A stretch of DNA of 64,000 nt from Balanoglossus misakiensis (lineage: Eukaryota; Animalia; Hemichordata), in the NCBI GenBank assembly GCA_040954595.2, contig CM082589.2, positions 8,688,232 through 8,752,231 of the forward strand. The letters are read 5' to 3'. A model generated the notes under the pieces. The model saw only the letters and a program-made list of their open reading frames with translations, had not been told where the DNA came from and did not search any database. Every line of letters begins with the position of its first letter. Within the stretch, counting starts at the first letter, position 1. Position numbers and translations under genes: made by a program. Positions 1-13,661 of this stretch are shown here, piece by piece.

Positions 1-306
1 GTGATGATCAATGAACAGAACAGTGGTTCACTTTCACTGTTGTAGTGCAGTGACAGTAAACTCACGCAAGATTTTACAACACACGTAAGCTAACGGAAAT
101 GCTGAAAACAATCGGGAATTTCAAATGGAAATTTGGATTCGCCAGCGTGGCGAATCAATTTGATGAAATGTTCGCCACATCAGAGTTTTTGCAACTGTGG
201 CGAGCGTTAGCATGAACACTGGATATTCATGCATAATTTACTGTGAAACATTTATTCTACTGAAACATAATACATTAACTTCACAATTTCACATCCTCAA
301 TTTCAA

Positions 307-657
307 TAGCCTGGTCTCCATACCCAGTGTGTTTTAGATAGACTCATGTACAGGGTCTGGACACACAGTCAACTCTCTTCGATTTTGAATCAAAGTGACC
401 CGGGCGTAGCTAATAGTTGGAAAATAATTAGCATTAATTAGCAACATCTGTCCTAGTGGCCAATCAGTAGTGTGTGGCATAAGGTGATTGACTTGAAAGA
501 CGTTAGAGTCAAGACCATGTGGTGACCTTGTTGCCATGACATCGCATTTTGAGCTCTATTGATCGACATGCAGATCTTCTTCAAAATCGAGTTGACTGCG
601 TGTCCAGGCCCTGTGTGTGAGTCTATCTAAAACACACTGGGTATGGAGACCAGGCTA
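307..657. mobile_element. MITE with long TIRs (TAGCCTGGTCTCCATACCCAG...), Academ-like termini
   Basis: Imperfect terminal inverted repeats of about 70 bp with TAG...CTA ends; flanks caatttcaa / caatttcag look like a 9-bp TSD with one mismatch. Confidence 0.75.
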
Positions 658-816
658 CAATTTCAGGTGCTTTGACCAGCTCAACCATTATTGTGTCCTC
701 CTGTTCAAAAGCTTACGTACACTACCAGCAGAAGCGGTTGAGGAAGACTACTGCTGATAAGTGTGTGAATTCAATGAATAATTATTCATACATGTTGTTT
801 GTTCTTGTGGAACCAG

Positions 817-993
817 GCATTAATTTACCCATTCAAGATCAGCAGTGAAAACTTCACCTTTGAAAAGTCCACTGCAGGTCAGAAGAATAGGCAAGTGGCC
901 AACAGGTTGGGAGATACACTCAGCAAAGTACCAATGGTCAACTCATTTATCCTTGCTTTGGAGCAACTGACTAATCCAGAACATGTCTTCAAG
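817..993 (+). CDS. PRKDC: PRKDC exon ([10 protein letters not shown]...LTNPEHVFK)
   Basis: Acceptor ccag| and donor |gtgag; peptide resembles the DNA-PKcs FAT/FRB boundary region. Confidence 0.9.
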
Positions 994-3900
994 GTGAGCA
1001 TTTATTTGAGCGTCTCATATAATGTGCCCGTATACTAAAGATCTACAAAACTTGTCTCACATCTTGTCTCACATCTTTTGTTGTTTCTGTGTGCCCATTT
1101 TCTATTGGTTTATACATAGACCGTTCACATTGCTCAAAAAAGGCTAGGCCCTTGTCCTAGCCAGGTACCTGGCCGAGCAGAAAAACAGGTGTTAACGGGT
1201 CTGGCCGGCCAATGTCCAGACAATTTTGTGTCCCAGTCGAAAGGGATTGTCTGTGGCCGACCATGGTCTCAGCCTGGTGTGTGTGTACACGTTTTGTTCG
1301 ACTCTGGTCCTAGTTGACGCCCTTGGCATCTGTTTTCTGTTGCTATTACTTGAAAATTCACATCTTTTGATTTCACCCTGAAAAATAATTACACATGTGC
1401 AAAATAGAAAAGTTTGTGGGGCAAAATAAGTCATGAAAACTGAATATATAATCTGATGATAAAAACTATAATTTATAAACTCCTTACACTACTTTTTCAT
1501 GTTATATAGGACTGGGCACAGGATCTAATGATACCCTTGTTGAAAGCAGCCAAGCGAGACAAAGCTGCCATCCAGGCTGCTGCTAAAGAGCTGTGTGTCA
1601 AGTTAGTGGATTACAAAAGTCAAAGTCTTGACACTTTGTTCAGCCAGGACTCAGATGCTACAACTCAGGCTCTTGCATTTGGAGCCTACAGGAGAAAATT
1701 TGCAGAGGTATAGTACATTTTCAATGTTCTTTTACAGGTGATATTGATCGCTTCTAGTCACACTAGCCACAGAGAGGATTAATCAGTAATAAGACGTGTT
1801 TTGATGAAATAATTATTGTGTATGTCACACCAACACTAATCAGAAAGTGTTTGTCAGACTGTTGGGGGGGATGGGATGGGGTGGGGGTGGGGTTCAGTGC
1901 AATGCATGATGCCTCCACACATTGCACTGCTATAGTTCTATGCAGACTACTACCAGACGACCTGCACTGCTATAGTTCTAATTTTAGGATTGATGATTCA
2001 AATTGTGTCATGTGTACTTATCATGTTTGGCTTTATTGTCATTTTTAGAACTTCTTTCAGAAGAGTTTTGAAAGTGCCTTTGGTGAAGGTGGCCAGAAAA
2101 TAGCATCAATGGACTTGAAGGTAAACAGCATGATTGAATTATTTGCATCTGAACGCACAAGTCTGTTGCCCTCCTACACTCCAGACAATTTCCAGCGCGA
2201 ACAACTTTGTTAATTTATTTCTATAATTAAAATATTTACTTCATTCTGTTCTTGGCATGACCTATCATGACAACCTTCACTTTTATTGGTAAATGTGTTG
2301 CCATTTCTTGATTATATTGCATGTACCAGGAAAACTTTTCAGAGAAAAAGAAGGCTTTCATCGTAACTAGGGGTATATTCATATGCTATTAATGCAGAGT
2401 CATCTGTTCATTTTTATAGATGTTTCGTTCCCTATGGAAAAATCTCACCAATAAAATAGATGAAAAGAAGAAGGACGCACCAGGCAACCTGAAGGAATAC
2501 TCTCCCTGGTTGTCAGCATTTCAACCAATAAATTATGACAGAGAATTAGAAATACCAGGTTAGGTGACTTGCTTTATTGCATGTAATTTCCAGCGCAGGC
2601 TGAAGTCAAAGATACTTGTATCCATAAAATATAGTTGAAATGCTGAGTCTTGGAAAAGGAGGTGTTTTTGGTACTTAAATTAATTGATAATTAAATAGAT
2701 TATCACAATGTTTGTATACAGGTCAGTACAAGGGGAGAAGCAAGCCTTTACCAGAGTATCATGTCAAGATTGCTGGGTTTGATGAAAAGGTGCGTCTCCA
2801 TAGGTTACAGCAATAGGTGTATAATATTATTATCCACCTACTGCTGTAACCTAAGGAGTTCCGTAGTGCAATAATTCGTGGTATCAGCATACAATAAGTA
2901 TTCAAATGTGAACGCAGAGTCCCATAACACCTGGGTTATGGGATCCATTTTGACCTTTGACCTCACGGCTGTTCACTGTAAACAATGATGATATTACACC
3001 CTACTCTGACACAAAATATATATAAAAAGTACACAGTCGTTATTAAGCAAAAAAAGATGCGAAAAAAGTCAACATCCTTGATGAAATTTCAGTCGAAGGA
3101 ATATATGAACGAACAGGCGAGCGCGTTCATGTCAAGTTCGAGGACGAACTCAGTGCTGGCAGCGTAGAACGTCGCGTGCGAGACATCGGCAGCTTGACAC
3201 TAGCATCACCTGATGCGCGAGGTCAAGGCGCGTTCGATATGCAAATTATGTCAGGGCGGTGTCTGAAAACTAGAAAGTCCGATAGCGGCCTGTTATTCTT
3301 TATCGTTCATCAAGGACGTTCGGTGTATAATAATAAGGTTATTCACAAAATACTGGGATTTTTGTCCAATTATATTATATTATGCTACCATCTGCCTTTC
3401 TGATTGGACGAGAGCTCAATCCAGCAATGTTAAAATAGTCATATAGCACTGCTGGCAGTGCTAAAATGGGCCCCTGAACTAGCATGCAGTAGTGAAAATG
3501 TGCGGTTGAACTACAGTCGCGTGGTGTTAAACAAATAAATAAAATGAAAACACCGTTGAATTTACGGACGTTTTATTTGGGAACTGCTGTGTCGGAATAC
3601 TTGTCACTTGGCCATGCGCGACGCCCGTCTGGTCATTTTTTGTCGTCTGCTTCATGTTTAATCCTCGATAAGGGGCCGCTCGTATTTACATTCATCGTCG
3701 CCATGTTGGTTCATGGTCGTAACTTCTTTTTCTGACGCCGTTTCGTTAAGAAAATGCCACTGATAGGCCTCAAAATCAATTGTTGATATAATATAATAGC
3801 AATAACCCCCGCCTCAGTCGGGTATACACTCGATTTGGGTACAATTCGAGACATATAGCATGAGCTGTCAGGCGAGTGCTATATGTCTCGAATCTCGTAT

Positions 3901-6900
3901 ACACAAATCTCGTGTATATCCGCCTGTGGCAGGGGTTATTGCTTAAGTACATCGTACGCGCTGTACACTGTACTTGGTCATAAATCCCGGTATTTTGTGA
4001 ATAACTTATGTTATCATACATGCAACGCCTGTATTTGCCACTTGATATTGTTCTCACAGTGAAGATATGAACCTGTATTTTCACCGTGTAATAATACAGA
4101 ATATATTTTCACTCTGCATCTCGGAACTTTTTTTGAGAACACGCTAAATCATCACACAAACAGTGGTGAACTGAGTCAACAGATCGTCGTTTAATATCGA
4201 AATCAGATGCAGTTTTATTGTAATGTGAAGCCAGACTATTTCTCAATGCGACATAATTGTAAATAGGATACTTTGCAAGAGAACATAGACATATTATATA
4301 GAATTACAACCACTTCAAGAAAACAACATCTTGACTGCAAGTGTTCCTTGCATTTATTTTACTTTAACCATTTGTAACCTAAAGTGAAAGTAGTTCCTTT
4401 TCATAAGACACCATATAAAGTCACAATTTATTTTAGGTTTTGGTGTTGTCATCGCTGAGAAAACCCAAGCGAATAACAATACGGGGGAATGATGAAAAGG
4501 AATACAGGTTCCTGGTCAAAGGAGGAGAAGATCTGAGATTGGATCAGAGAGTTGAACAGCTGTTTGGAATCATGAATGACATTCTGGCTCTAGATCCAGC
4601 GTGTAGTCGCAGAAGCTTGAAACTGGTGACATATGAAGTGATCCCAATGACTCCAAGGTAAGGGTTGAATGAGTTACCAGTTACCGTACATCTTACTGAA
4701 ATCAAACCCCTAATACACAAGGAGTCTATAATGAATCATGTATAAACGGAACATCTCTGAGTCTACAAGCTTGCATCAGTTTTTGGTGTAGACATAGTTA
4801 CTTAAGTCAATTCATTTCAAGTAGCCCTCCGACCTTGTGGCATGTATGGGATGGAGTCTTATAGTCAATGGTTCATAAAATCAGTCTGTTTGTTCCCATG
4901 AATTGTTGTACATGTACACCTACTTTTATTATTATATCCTTTGCATAATATCAAGTATATAGATGTGGTTTGACTCTACTCAATCAAATACCATTAGAAT
5001 AGATTTTCGTAATTTATATACTGGTGTGACTTGAATATTTTTTTTTCACAATTACAAAACTGTAAAAGGTATGAAAGAAGTATTGCCTGGGTGCTACAAC
5101 GGGGTTTATATTGACTTCAAATTAAATAACAGCTTTTATCCAAAGTTGCTGCTAAATTTCAGTGGCGTAAATAATAAATTTCCAAGAATCAACGCTTGTT
5201 TGTATTGTACATACACATTAATATGCATTGAAATCATGTTAAACATACCTGTACCGTATTTCCGGATGAGTTCATGACATGTTTTGATGTCATCATAAGT
5301 AAACGGTAAACTTTCATTTCCTGATTGTGTGTTTTCACAGAATTGGAATGATAGAGTGGGTTGATAACTGCCAGCCTCTGAAGCAGTTTATTGAGATGGC
5401 TCGCACGAATGAGGAAAGAAAATTAAGGTGAGCATTTAAAGGGTCTATGACATGCCCATACCCTCAACATGTAAAATCACCCTAGAACCTCATATCACTG
5501 AATAAGGTTTTTATAATTTTAAGCAAAAGTGCCTGGTGGGATCTTACACAAGATGGTGTTAAACCATTCTTTGGGTTTTATTATGTTGTACTTAAAGAAT
5601 ACGTGGGCACCCAGCAAAGAATGTTGATATTGTCATCATAAGAAATGTTTATGAACCAGGCCCTATGGTATACACATTTTTCATAAAAGCAGGCAAAGTG
5701 AAACTGAGACAAGTAGTACTACTTGAGCTCGCCTGGTTTGTTGTATGTGATACAATTTTCATGTTAAACTCACCATTCAATTAAATGTGGCTATTGAACA
5801 TCAATCTATAGCAACGATACACAAGACGACAACAATTTTATTTTGTGACCTACTGGCCTCATTGTTGCGTTGTCTTGGAAGTGCACCCTCTTTATGAAAA
5901 AGGCGTATGGTTCACATTTGTATGTGATAACACCAAACGTGTAGCTTTGGGCTGGGTCCTACATTGTATAACCTGTGACTTGGCAGAGATGGATTGACAT
6001 GTAGAGTTGCAATGACAAAATAAATATTTTTTGGTACACTGCGAGAAGGTTGATGTGTCACACCTGTCAATATTAAACAGAGCCCCATGAATGACAAATA
6101 CATTGTATTTTCCCCCAAGATAATCATAAAGTGGTTTGTAATTGAAGAGCTCAATACCCTTTAATGTGGCATCTGGGATGAAACACAAACATTGTAGCCT
6201 ACAATAATGAGCCTGACATGTAAGCTGTCAGAAAACCAGTTTCATTTCTGTTCAATAAAAAAAATCTTGTACAATGATTTATCATGAGCATTTCAGTAGT
6301 TGGTATCTTACATTTGATTTACAGCCTTGAGGAACCCCGAAAGAAACATAAAGAATGGGTTAGTCGCTTTGTGGGAAGCAGAAAAAATGAAGCTTTGGGT
6401 GTTTGGTATGGAGAGCTCTATCGCAAAGCCAGTCGGACAGAAGTTGTTAAAGCTTTCCGAGAATTCCAGAGCCTGGTTCCATGGGACTTATTGAGGTAAT
6501 CTTAAATATGTTTTCATTTGAAGATGTCAACACTTATAACCCCATCTGTGATAAGATAGTGCTAGCAACAGTTTGGAGAATATGGTAGTGTCAGATGGTA
6601 GCAGTTTATTTCTGTGAATGTAAGCACTTTAATTCAGTGAGTGTTTGTTTCTGAGACAGGATAAAAAACCAGACTAATTAGCAAGTTAAGGTGGCATTGC
6701 AAGAAAAGGTGTAATTTTTGCCAAATTTTACTTTTTTACATAAATCGGTAGGCCTAATACTGACCCACATCCTGACTAATATGTCTTGGCGGAAATGGTG
6801 CATAATCACCCAAAAATAGCACTTTTCTGAATGAGTTCACAACTTAACAAATACATGTAGGTGTCAACAATGCAAATGGCCATTTTTCTCAGTTTGCATT

Positions 6901-9900
6901 TTCGCTGCTCTTGACAACTTCAGACGAAAATAGCTTCGCTCTGCGTTGGCCGAATTTGCTCAAATTTTAACAGGGGATTGTGTATGACCCATCCAACAAA
7001 ACGGTATTTTTGTTAGTCGATAAAGTGTCCCTGGCGGGAATGAACTCTGATTCAATACAACTCACTGTGAATTTGATCAAATCTTACTAAAAATCTAACT
7101 TTCAAACGCTGTTACTCCTCAATGGAAGCAGATAACGCAAAAAAAAATTACCGTTTTTTTTGCACGTGTACTCTAGTTTCGAATGACATATTAAGATGCA
7201 TGATGCATGGTCAACTTTTTTACATAATTTAAATTTAATGACATAATATCAAAAATTGGTTTTTAACCCAAAATCGCCACCATTTCCGGGGATCAATAAT
7301 TTTTGCAACTCAAAAAAAGTTCAAAAACTCAGCTTCCAGAATATATACATGGTTTATGGGGGTTTTAACGTTGTCTTTGATGAGAAATAGGCCTCAGAAA
7401 AAGTCTCGACAGTTTCATGCAATGCCACCTTACAATGCAATCATTAATTCCAAGAATGACAATGTGCATTATTTGTTAAAGTATACCAGTCACAATATCT
7501 AGCAGGTGTTTCAAACAAAGTTCTCTACCACTCATAAAACTAGAGTGCAACCAATCACTGACACTATTTTCATCAAAGTGACACATGCACTTTTTTGATG
7601 CAGAATGCTTCATGAGGCACTCACGTATGCATCTACAATTGTAGAGAGACAAACACCGCACATGTAATAGGTGAAAAGAATGAGGACAGAAAAATACTTT
7701 GCAAATGGCAAACCAATCCATATTAGACAGACGTTCTATTACATTTTTTTTACCTTTGCGTTCTTCAATACCATTCAGAATTTACTTGACATAGAATGTA
7801 ACAAAATTGTGTAGGCAATTGAAAGCCTTTTATAGAACATCACTGTATTGTTATACACAAAGTTTAATCTGCAATTCTGCCGAATGACACTAGCAACATC
7901 TCTGTGCGTAAATGTTGCAAAGTTAATGTACATGTCCAGGTCACTTGTAAGTCATGTGTTATTTTTAGGTTTTAAGCCGTGCTCAATACAATTTGCATAT
8001 CACTAGTGGCTAAAATCAATGCATATTGCTGGTGTACATGTCTGTCATTATCTTTGCGTAATTATGGTCAGAAATGCGTGAAATATTCAGGATTTTGCAT
8101 TAATGGAAGATGTGATTAAGACAGGGACATTGACTCTTTTCACCATAATACTGACACGGGTGGGAGGGACAGCTAGTTGGACAGTAAATGTCCAAAGGGT
8201 GTCAATTTGACATTAACTGAACATGCAGCTCATTATCAAGTTTGTGCAAGAAGCACAAATGATATCCATTGTGTATAACAAATTAGGTGATACTGGTAAA
8301 AGAATGACACACCCTACTTCACCGTTTTATGTGTGACCATGTTTGCCATGATTTTTCTATAGTATTACTACAACCGGAATTAGTCAAAGCTGTTTAGAGG
8401 ATTAAAGAACATCTAACATACAGTGATTTTTGACTTCCTGTAAGTTGCTTAATAACCTGATGCTATGTACGCCTTCACAATTTTCCATTATATATTCTGC
8501 TAACTAGGCAAGCTTTCTTGAAGTTGAGTACTTCCCCAGAAGCATTCCTGATGTTACGTTCCCATTTTGCAACCACCTATGCTACCATATGTATCTGCCA
8601 GTACATCCTGGGTATTGGGGACAGACATCTCTCTAACTTGATGGTGTGTTTGGACAATGGTGGAATGGTGGGCATTGACTTTGGACATGCTTTTGGTTCA
8701 GCCACTGAGGTGCGTTGAAGTACAGGATTTCCAAATAGATTCTACAACTAAATGGATTTCATGTGGGCCAGTCTTTTCCAGTATCCATCATCAAATTGCA
8801 TCTGGGTCCCATACAACATTTTTGCCATGGCAAGTTACAGTATGTTAGTTTGTATTACACTGTGTATGATGTCAAGCAATGCTTTTGCTATTCTTTTTAT
8901 TGGATGTTTTGATTTAACATGTCTCCGTTGGCAGGGTCTCCCTAAACAGTAAGTCTAAAGGCGATGGTGTGTTTATTAATACTGTAAACCAGGAAATTTT
9001 CGTGATATCAAAAGAGGCAACTGTTATGCAACAATAAATTTTCACATTCTGGTCTGTTTGATGCAAGTTCTCTTGATAGTCATGGGGCGTGATGAGGGCT
9101 GGTATTCTGATCATTTGCACATCCCTGAAATCAGGGAAAAATTGTGCAGATTTGACCAGATTTTGGTTTATACAGTATATTTTCACTGTATTGTGAGTCT
9201 GGAATCCTTTATCTTGGGTCAGGCAATTATTTGATGGTGAACCTGTACTGTGCTACTGGTGCCTAACTAAAGTCAGTACACTTTATAGCATTTGTTAATA
9301 TATTGAAACTACCTATATATCTTTCTTTCCAGCTGTTACCAGTGCCAGAGTTGATGCCATTCAGACTTACCCGACAAATCATCAATTTAATGATGCCAAT
9401 GAAGGAGGAAGGATTATTGATGAGTACAATGATTCACTGTCTGAGAGCTCTCCGTAACAGTCCAGACTTATTACTCAACACCATGGATGTATTTGTCAAG
9501 GAACCTCATCTCGATTGGGAGGTAACATTAACATGCAATTCCTCTAAGTTTGCTGAAAAGACAAACACTTGGTAATTGCTATCAGGAAACTAAATGCCCT
9601 GTACATTTTACCTTCATCACAAAGATTTACAATTTACACAATGACCTTTCTTATCTTTGAACTTCTAGAAAAAAGCTAAAGAAGAAGTTAGAAAATACCA
9701 GGACACTGAAGAAAGTCTGATGGCTGGGTATGCCATACGTAGGATTGATTTGGCTAAGAAGAAACTCCAAGGTGCCAACCCAAGCTACATAACAAGGTAC
9801 ATGATTACATCATAAATCTCCACAAATTCAGAATGGCGTCATCTGTCGACTAAGCTAGTATAAGTAGAGGACTGAAAATTTTTTCGATAAAAATTTGTTT

Positions 9901-10263
9901 GTATGAGTGACAACTATTAGGGTTTTAAAATGTGCATACTAATACATTTTGTATTACTAACTGAAATTCACGTTTTTCAGTCCATGATGCACATTTCCAT
10001 CACTTGTTTCAGTGTCTAACAATGTCTTTTTTTATTTCATTATATACAGAAAGGAGTTGAGTAAAAATGGAAATCTCAGGGGAAGTTCAAATCAGTTTGA
10101 CAAGCAGGCAATTGAAGTTTGCAAGGGGGAACGTGGATGTGTGCGAGCACAGCAACAAGAAGACGGCCTTTCTGTGGAGACCCAAGTAGTATGTCTTATA
10201 GAACAAGCTACCGATCCAAACATACTTGGACGAACTTACTTAGGCTGGGAGCCATGGGTATAG
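817..10263 (+). CDS. PRKDC: DNA-dependent protein kinase catalytic subunit, 3' part (12 exons; 5' end lies upstream of the window)
   Basis: The spliced exons join in frame with GT-AG sites. Translation gives DNA-PKcs motifs: [75 protein letters not shown] and the FATC end [22 protein letters not shown]. Confidence 0.97.
1510..1707 (+). CDS. PRKDC: PRKDC exon (DWAQDLMIP...AYRRKFAE)
   Basis: atag| ... |gtata, 198 nt; joins to give FK-DW and FGAYRRKF as in DNA-PKcs. Confidence 0.88.
2049..2120 (+). CDS. PRKDC: PRKDC exon ([24 protein letters not shown])
   Basis: tttag| ... |gtaaac, 72 nt, FGxGG motif; not in the ORF track. Confidence 0.85.
2420..2558 (+). CDS. PRKDC: PRKDC exon (MFRSLW...[11 protein letters not shown]...ELEIPG)
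   Basis: tatag| ... |gttagg; [10 protein letters not shown] and ELEIPG motifs. Confidence 0.9.
2722..2789 (+). CDS. PRKDC: PRKDC exon ([23 protein letters not shown])
   Basis: acag| ... |gtgcgt; highly conserved DNA-PKcs peptide. Confidence 0.93.
3370..3945. mobile_element. Non-autonomous palindrome-ended repeat (Crypton-like architecture)
   Basis: Long hairpin at 3793-3945 centred on gagctgtcaggcgag. The segment tgctaccatctgcctttctgattggacgagagctcaatcc recurs inverted at about 18643-18685. The family assignment is an inference. Confidence 0.5.
4437..4657 (+). CDS. PRKDC: PRKDC exon, kinase N-lobe ([12 protein letters not shown]...[13 protein letters not shown])
   Basis: tttag| ... |gtaagg; [13 protein letters not shown] motif. 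Confidence 0.95.
5341..5427 (+). CDS. PRKDC: PRKDC exon ([14 protein letters not shown]...)
   Basis: tcacag| ... |gtgag; PIKK hinge motif GMIEW. Confidence 0.92.
6325..6495 (+). CDS. PRKDC: PRKDC exon (LEEPRKKH...VPWDLLR)
   Basis: tacag| ... |gtaat; VPWDLLR. Confidence 0.9.
6690..7429. mobile_element. Kolobok-like MITE in a PRKDC intron, same family as the element at 56604
   Basis: TIRs GGTGGCATTGCA...TGCAATGCCACC; flanks TTAA / TTAC; the first ~150 bp closely match 56604-56750. Confidence 0.85.
8508..8709 (+). CDS. PRKDC: PRKDC exon, catalytic loop and DFG motif
   Basis: ctag| ... |gtgcg; [12 protein letters not shown] and [12 protein letters not shown]. Confidence 0.96.
9333..9521 (+). 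CDS. PRKDC: PRKDC exon ([14 protein letters not shown]...[12 protein letters not shown])
   Basis: ttccag| ... |gtaac; conserved PIKK C-lobe. Confidence 0.95.
9669..9796 (+). CDS. PRKDC: PRKDC exon (KKAKEE...[14 protein letters not shown])
   Basis: ttctag| ... |gtacat; KLxGANP motif. Confidence 0.9.
10050..10263 (+). CDS. PRKDC: PRKDC last coding exon, FATC domain
   Basis: tacag| acceptor; [32 protein letters not shown] followed by TAG. Confidence 0.96.
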
Positions 10264-13200
10264 AAACCTAGGTACTACAAGAGCTTATAAACCAGTTTGC
10301 CGCCTTATCTTATTCATCAGTGATATCAAGTGATGTCTGACTCAGTTACATGGGTATCTAAATTTCCAGCTGACGGGCCATGATACTAATGAGGCACCAT
10401 GCCTGATACATGTTACATATCTGGCGGCTCTAAAGTATAAAGATACTCGGACAAATTTTTGCTGGATATTGCCAGGTTGTTTGGCCGCCACCTGGAAACG
10501 ACAATCCAGCAGTTCGCATGGCCAGACCACGTGATTGATATTAAAGAATTGACTATGGTCTGCTGCTCAAACAGAGCATTGGTTCATTCCAATATTATGT
10601 AGATTAATTTGATGTAGATTGCCTTGTAAACCAATTTGGCGAAATGAAGTTTGTCATTCCTTTTAATGGCACCATAGATTGATAAACACATGATATCTCT
10701 ATTGTTGACGTTGATCTGCAAGCGTAGGTATTCTTGTTTAAAATTTTTGTATAAAGTAAAGTACATGTATTGGCTTCATTTATATTTTGCCTCCAACGGT
10801 GAAAGAGTCCTTCCAATGATAAATCTGTCAGCCATGACACCTTTGGCACTGAACACATATTATAGCTGTACCATTAGAGATTAAAATAAGTGTTAACAAC
10901 AGCAATTTTGAACAGTCTCTCATGCTAATCTTGGCATTATGTGGCACAGATTTCAAAGGTTCTTCTTCATTTGTCTCAGCAAATATAGAAATGACATTGG
11001 AATCGTGTATTAGATAAATAAACCTACTACAGGGTATATTTTTTAAATCAGATTACTGTTTGTTTAGAATTTTATACTTTTCATAGTCTATTTTTCTTAA
11101 GAGTGATGACCATCTTTAGTACTGTTACGCGTAGGCACAGTTACTAGAAAAGATGGTTGGGAAACTCTATCGTTCGGAAGGTGTGAAGGAGATGTTAGCT
11201 AGGAAAGTATATGTCCAAACCGCTATGCACATTGATAACGTCACATCGTGGGGTTGTATTGTGGGTACCTAGCTAATTTTTGTACCCATTCAACTGCCAT
11301 TTTTCGCCAGAGTACTGTCTATAAAATAACATGATAGCATTAATTATTATATCAGCCATAGTATTCTGGATGAAGTGACCATGACTTTGTTACCATCAGC
11401 CTATTTCCTTAGCATGCACTGTCACTCAACCCTTTCACCCCCAGTTCCCTGTGTAGACATCCAACTTTCCTGTAGGAAACAATGAATTTGGACCAAATCA
11501 TGGTTGTGAAATGGTTAAAGAAAACATGCCTGTAAGATAGGATGGAATGCCTGTAAGATAGGATGAAAGTTTGTCTATAAAGCATGTAATGGTCTCATTT
11601 GAACATTTGAATATGTATGTATATCCGTATGTATGCTACACCTGTATTCTTTGCAGTCACTATTTAGTCTCTTATTCAGGTGAGCACCTTTCTAATAATG
11701 ATAGAACTTACCTTCTATTTGTTAATCTCAATTATATGCAAACCACCTGGATGTTTCATTTGACTAATGAACTCAAGCTGACGCGCCACCATAGTGTAGA
11801 TTACTGATATATAAGGACCCCATGCATATATTTAGTCAGTTTATCTTCGTATCCAGACCAGTCACACGTATGAACCGACAGTATCTTTGCTCAATTTCAG
11901 GTTAGTTTTCCTTGTACTCCTTGCACTTTACCAGTAGCTTGGAGATTTGTATTTTGGTGCATTCTACTGGCTCATTTCAGCACAAGTAATTGGTGTCTGA
12001 ACTTGCGTAAAGTTTTCAGTTTTTCTTTTGTATTTTTCACTTGGATGAATTTTAGTGTATTATGTTGTAGGTGAACTCCCATACATGTGTGTAATTTAGC
12101 AGTTCACCTATGTAGCCAAACTGACCACAGGTATGAACTGATGATGTTGCTGTTCAATTTTAGTTAATAAATGTTATAGGACTATGTTTGTGTTTGGTGA
12201 ACGGCGACAACTGTGACAAGCATCTTAGAGTCAAACTATTAGTCTGTAATAAGAAAGTGGCCATAGTTGCCAAACGATTAAAATCACATGTTTTGATATC
12301 AATATTCACATAACAATGATTTCGACCTTTTTGAGTTTCCTAACATTTTTAATTGTAACAAAAACAAGAGCTTTTCCTGACCACTTATTGACATTTCGGA
12401 AATCTTAAATGCTATTTACTTTTTGTATGGATAAAGAAAGACCCCCTGACGCTGTAGAATCATGTATAGTGCCTGAAGGGGACATCATTCCTCAATTTCT
12501 TTCAGTAAGATGCTAAGTTTGTTAAGTTATTGCTTTTTTTGTACTCAATTTTTGTATTTTCAATATACTTTCAAACTGCTGGAGTATGTAGATGTTATAT
12601 GCGGCTTCATAATGGAATATACAATTTTCCTATCGTAATAAATAAGCAGGCAGAGATATCATGTTAGAATTTTTGCATACTTGAAAAAAATATTCTGATA
12701 AAATGAGTGCTTTTGTCTGTCTTTTTGATTTCAGTTGAGAATCAGTATTTGTTGTTGCTTTTTACATCGCAGATCCCATTCAGAAGGCAATTGTGATAAA
12801 CAGTATGTTTTGTCTGATTGAATCAACTGAGTTTTCTTAGGACCTGAATATCGCTCCAACAAATGGTCTGCTTTCTTCCCTTATCATCTGATTAAAATCA
12901 GATGTAGTGTTAGGCGTTGGTGATAATTTTGGCTATTCTGTTCTCTTGGCTTTGGCTATTCTGTTCTCTGGACAATTGCCCCCCAGACAACTGCCACCCT
13001 CCCGCCAAACAATCTAGCAATGCCGAAAAATTGTAGTACTATTTTCTATAACTGTCGCCCTCTTATTTAGTCTCTGCTTCTGTGAAAGTTGGTGAATTCT
13101 TAATACTCAAGTAGGGTCTTAACTAGCACCAAAATAGTGGAGTCAAACAGTTGCCAGCACCATTATGTTATTATTATGAAATTGGAATTGAATTAGAAAA

Positions 13201-13661
13201 GAAACCAAAGTTTGTGGTCGGTGGTTACATATTCATGCAGTTGTTAGTGATATAAGGTCATAATGACACAATTAACAAACGATGTGACGCTGCAGCCTAA
13301 GTGTCGGTGAGAAATAAGCTATTGTTTAAGGATGTTTATTGATGTTTTTGTTTTTTTATCAAAGGGAAACACCACAATTTTTGCTCTATGTTCAATAGCA
13401 TCTTTATTGAAGTGAAAATTATACCGACAAGTGTCAGATTTTGATTTCTGTTTTACTAGACTGAATAGAAGTTAGGGCGACAGTAAACTATAAAAAGTGA
13501 ACTATAAGGTTGTATCTAGATTAAAACTGTTTTGTTTCTTCCACCACCACCGAAAAGCGATACCAAGACTGTGCAGCCAGAATAGTGACCCTTGTGTGTG
13601 ACTTTGAAAGTTGACATGTGCTGGACTTTCTCAGGGGAATAACCCACAATTTGCAGTTTTA

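Noticed and set aside
11427-11518. Possible tiny piggyBac-like MITE (tcaaccctttcac...gtgaaatggttaa)
   Set aside because: The TIRs are too short and degenerate to support without a copy search.
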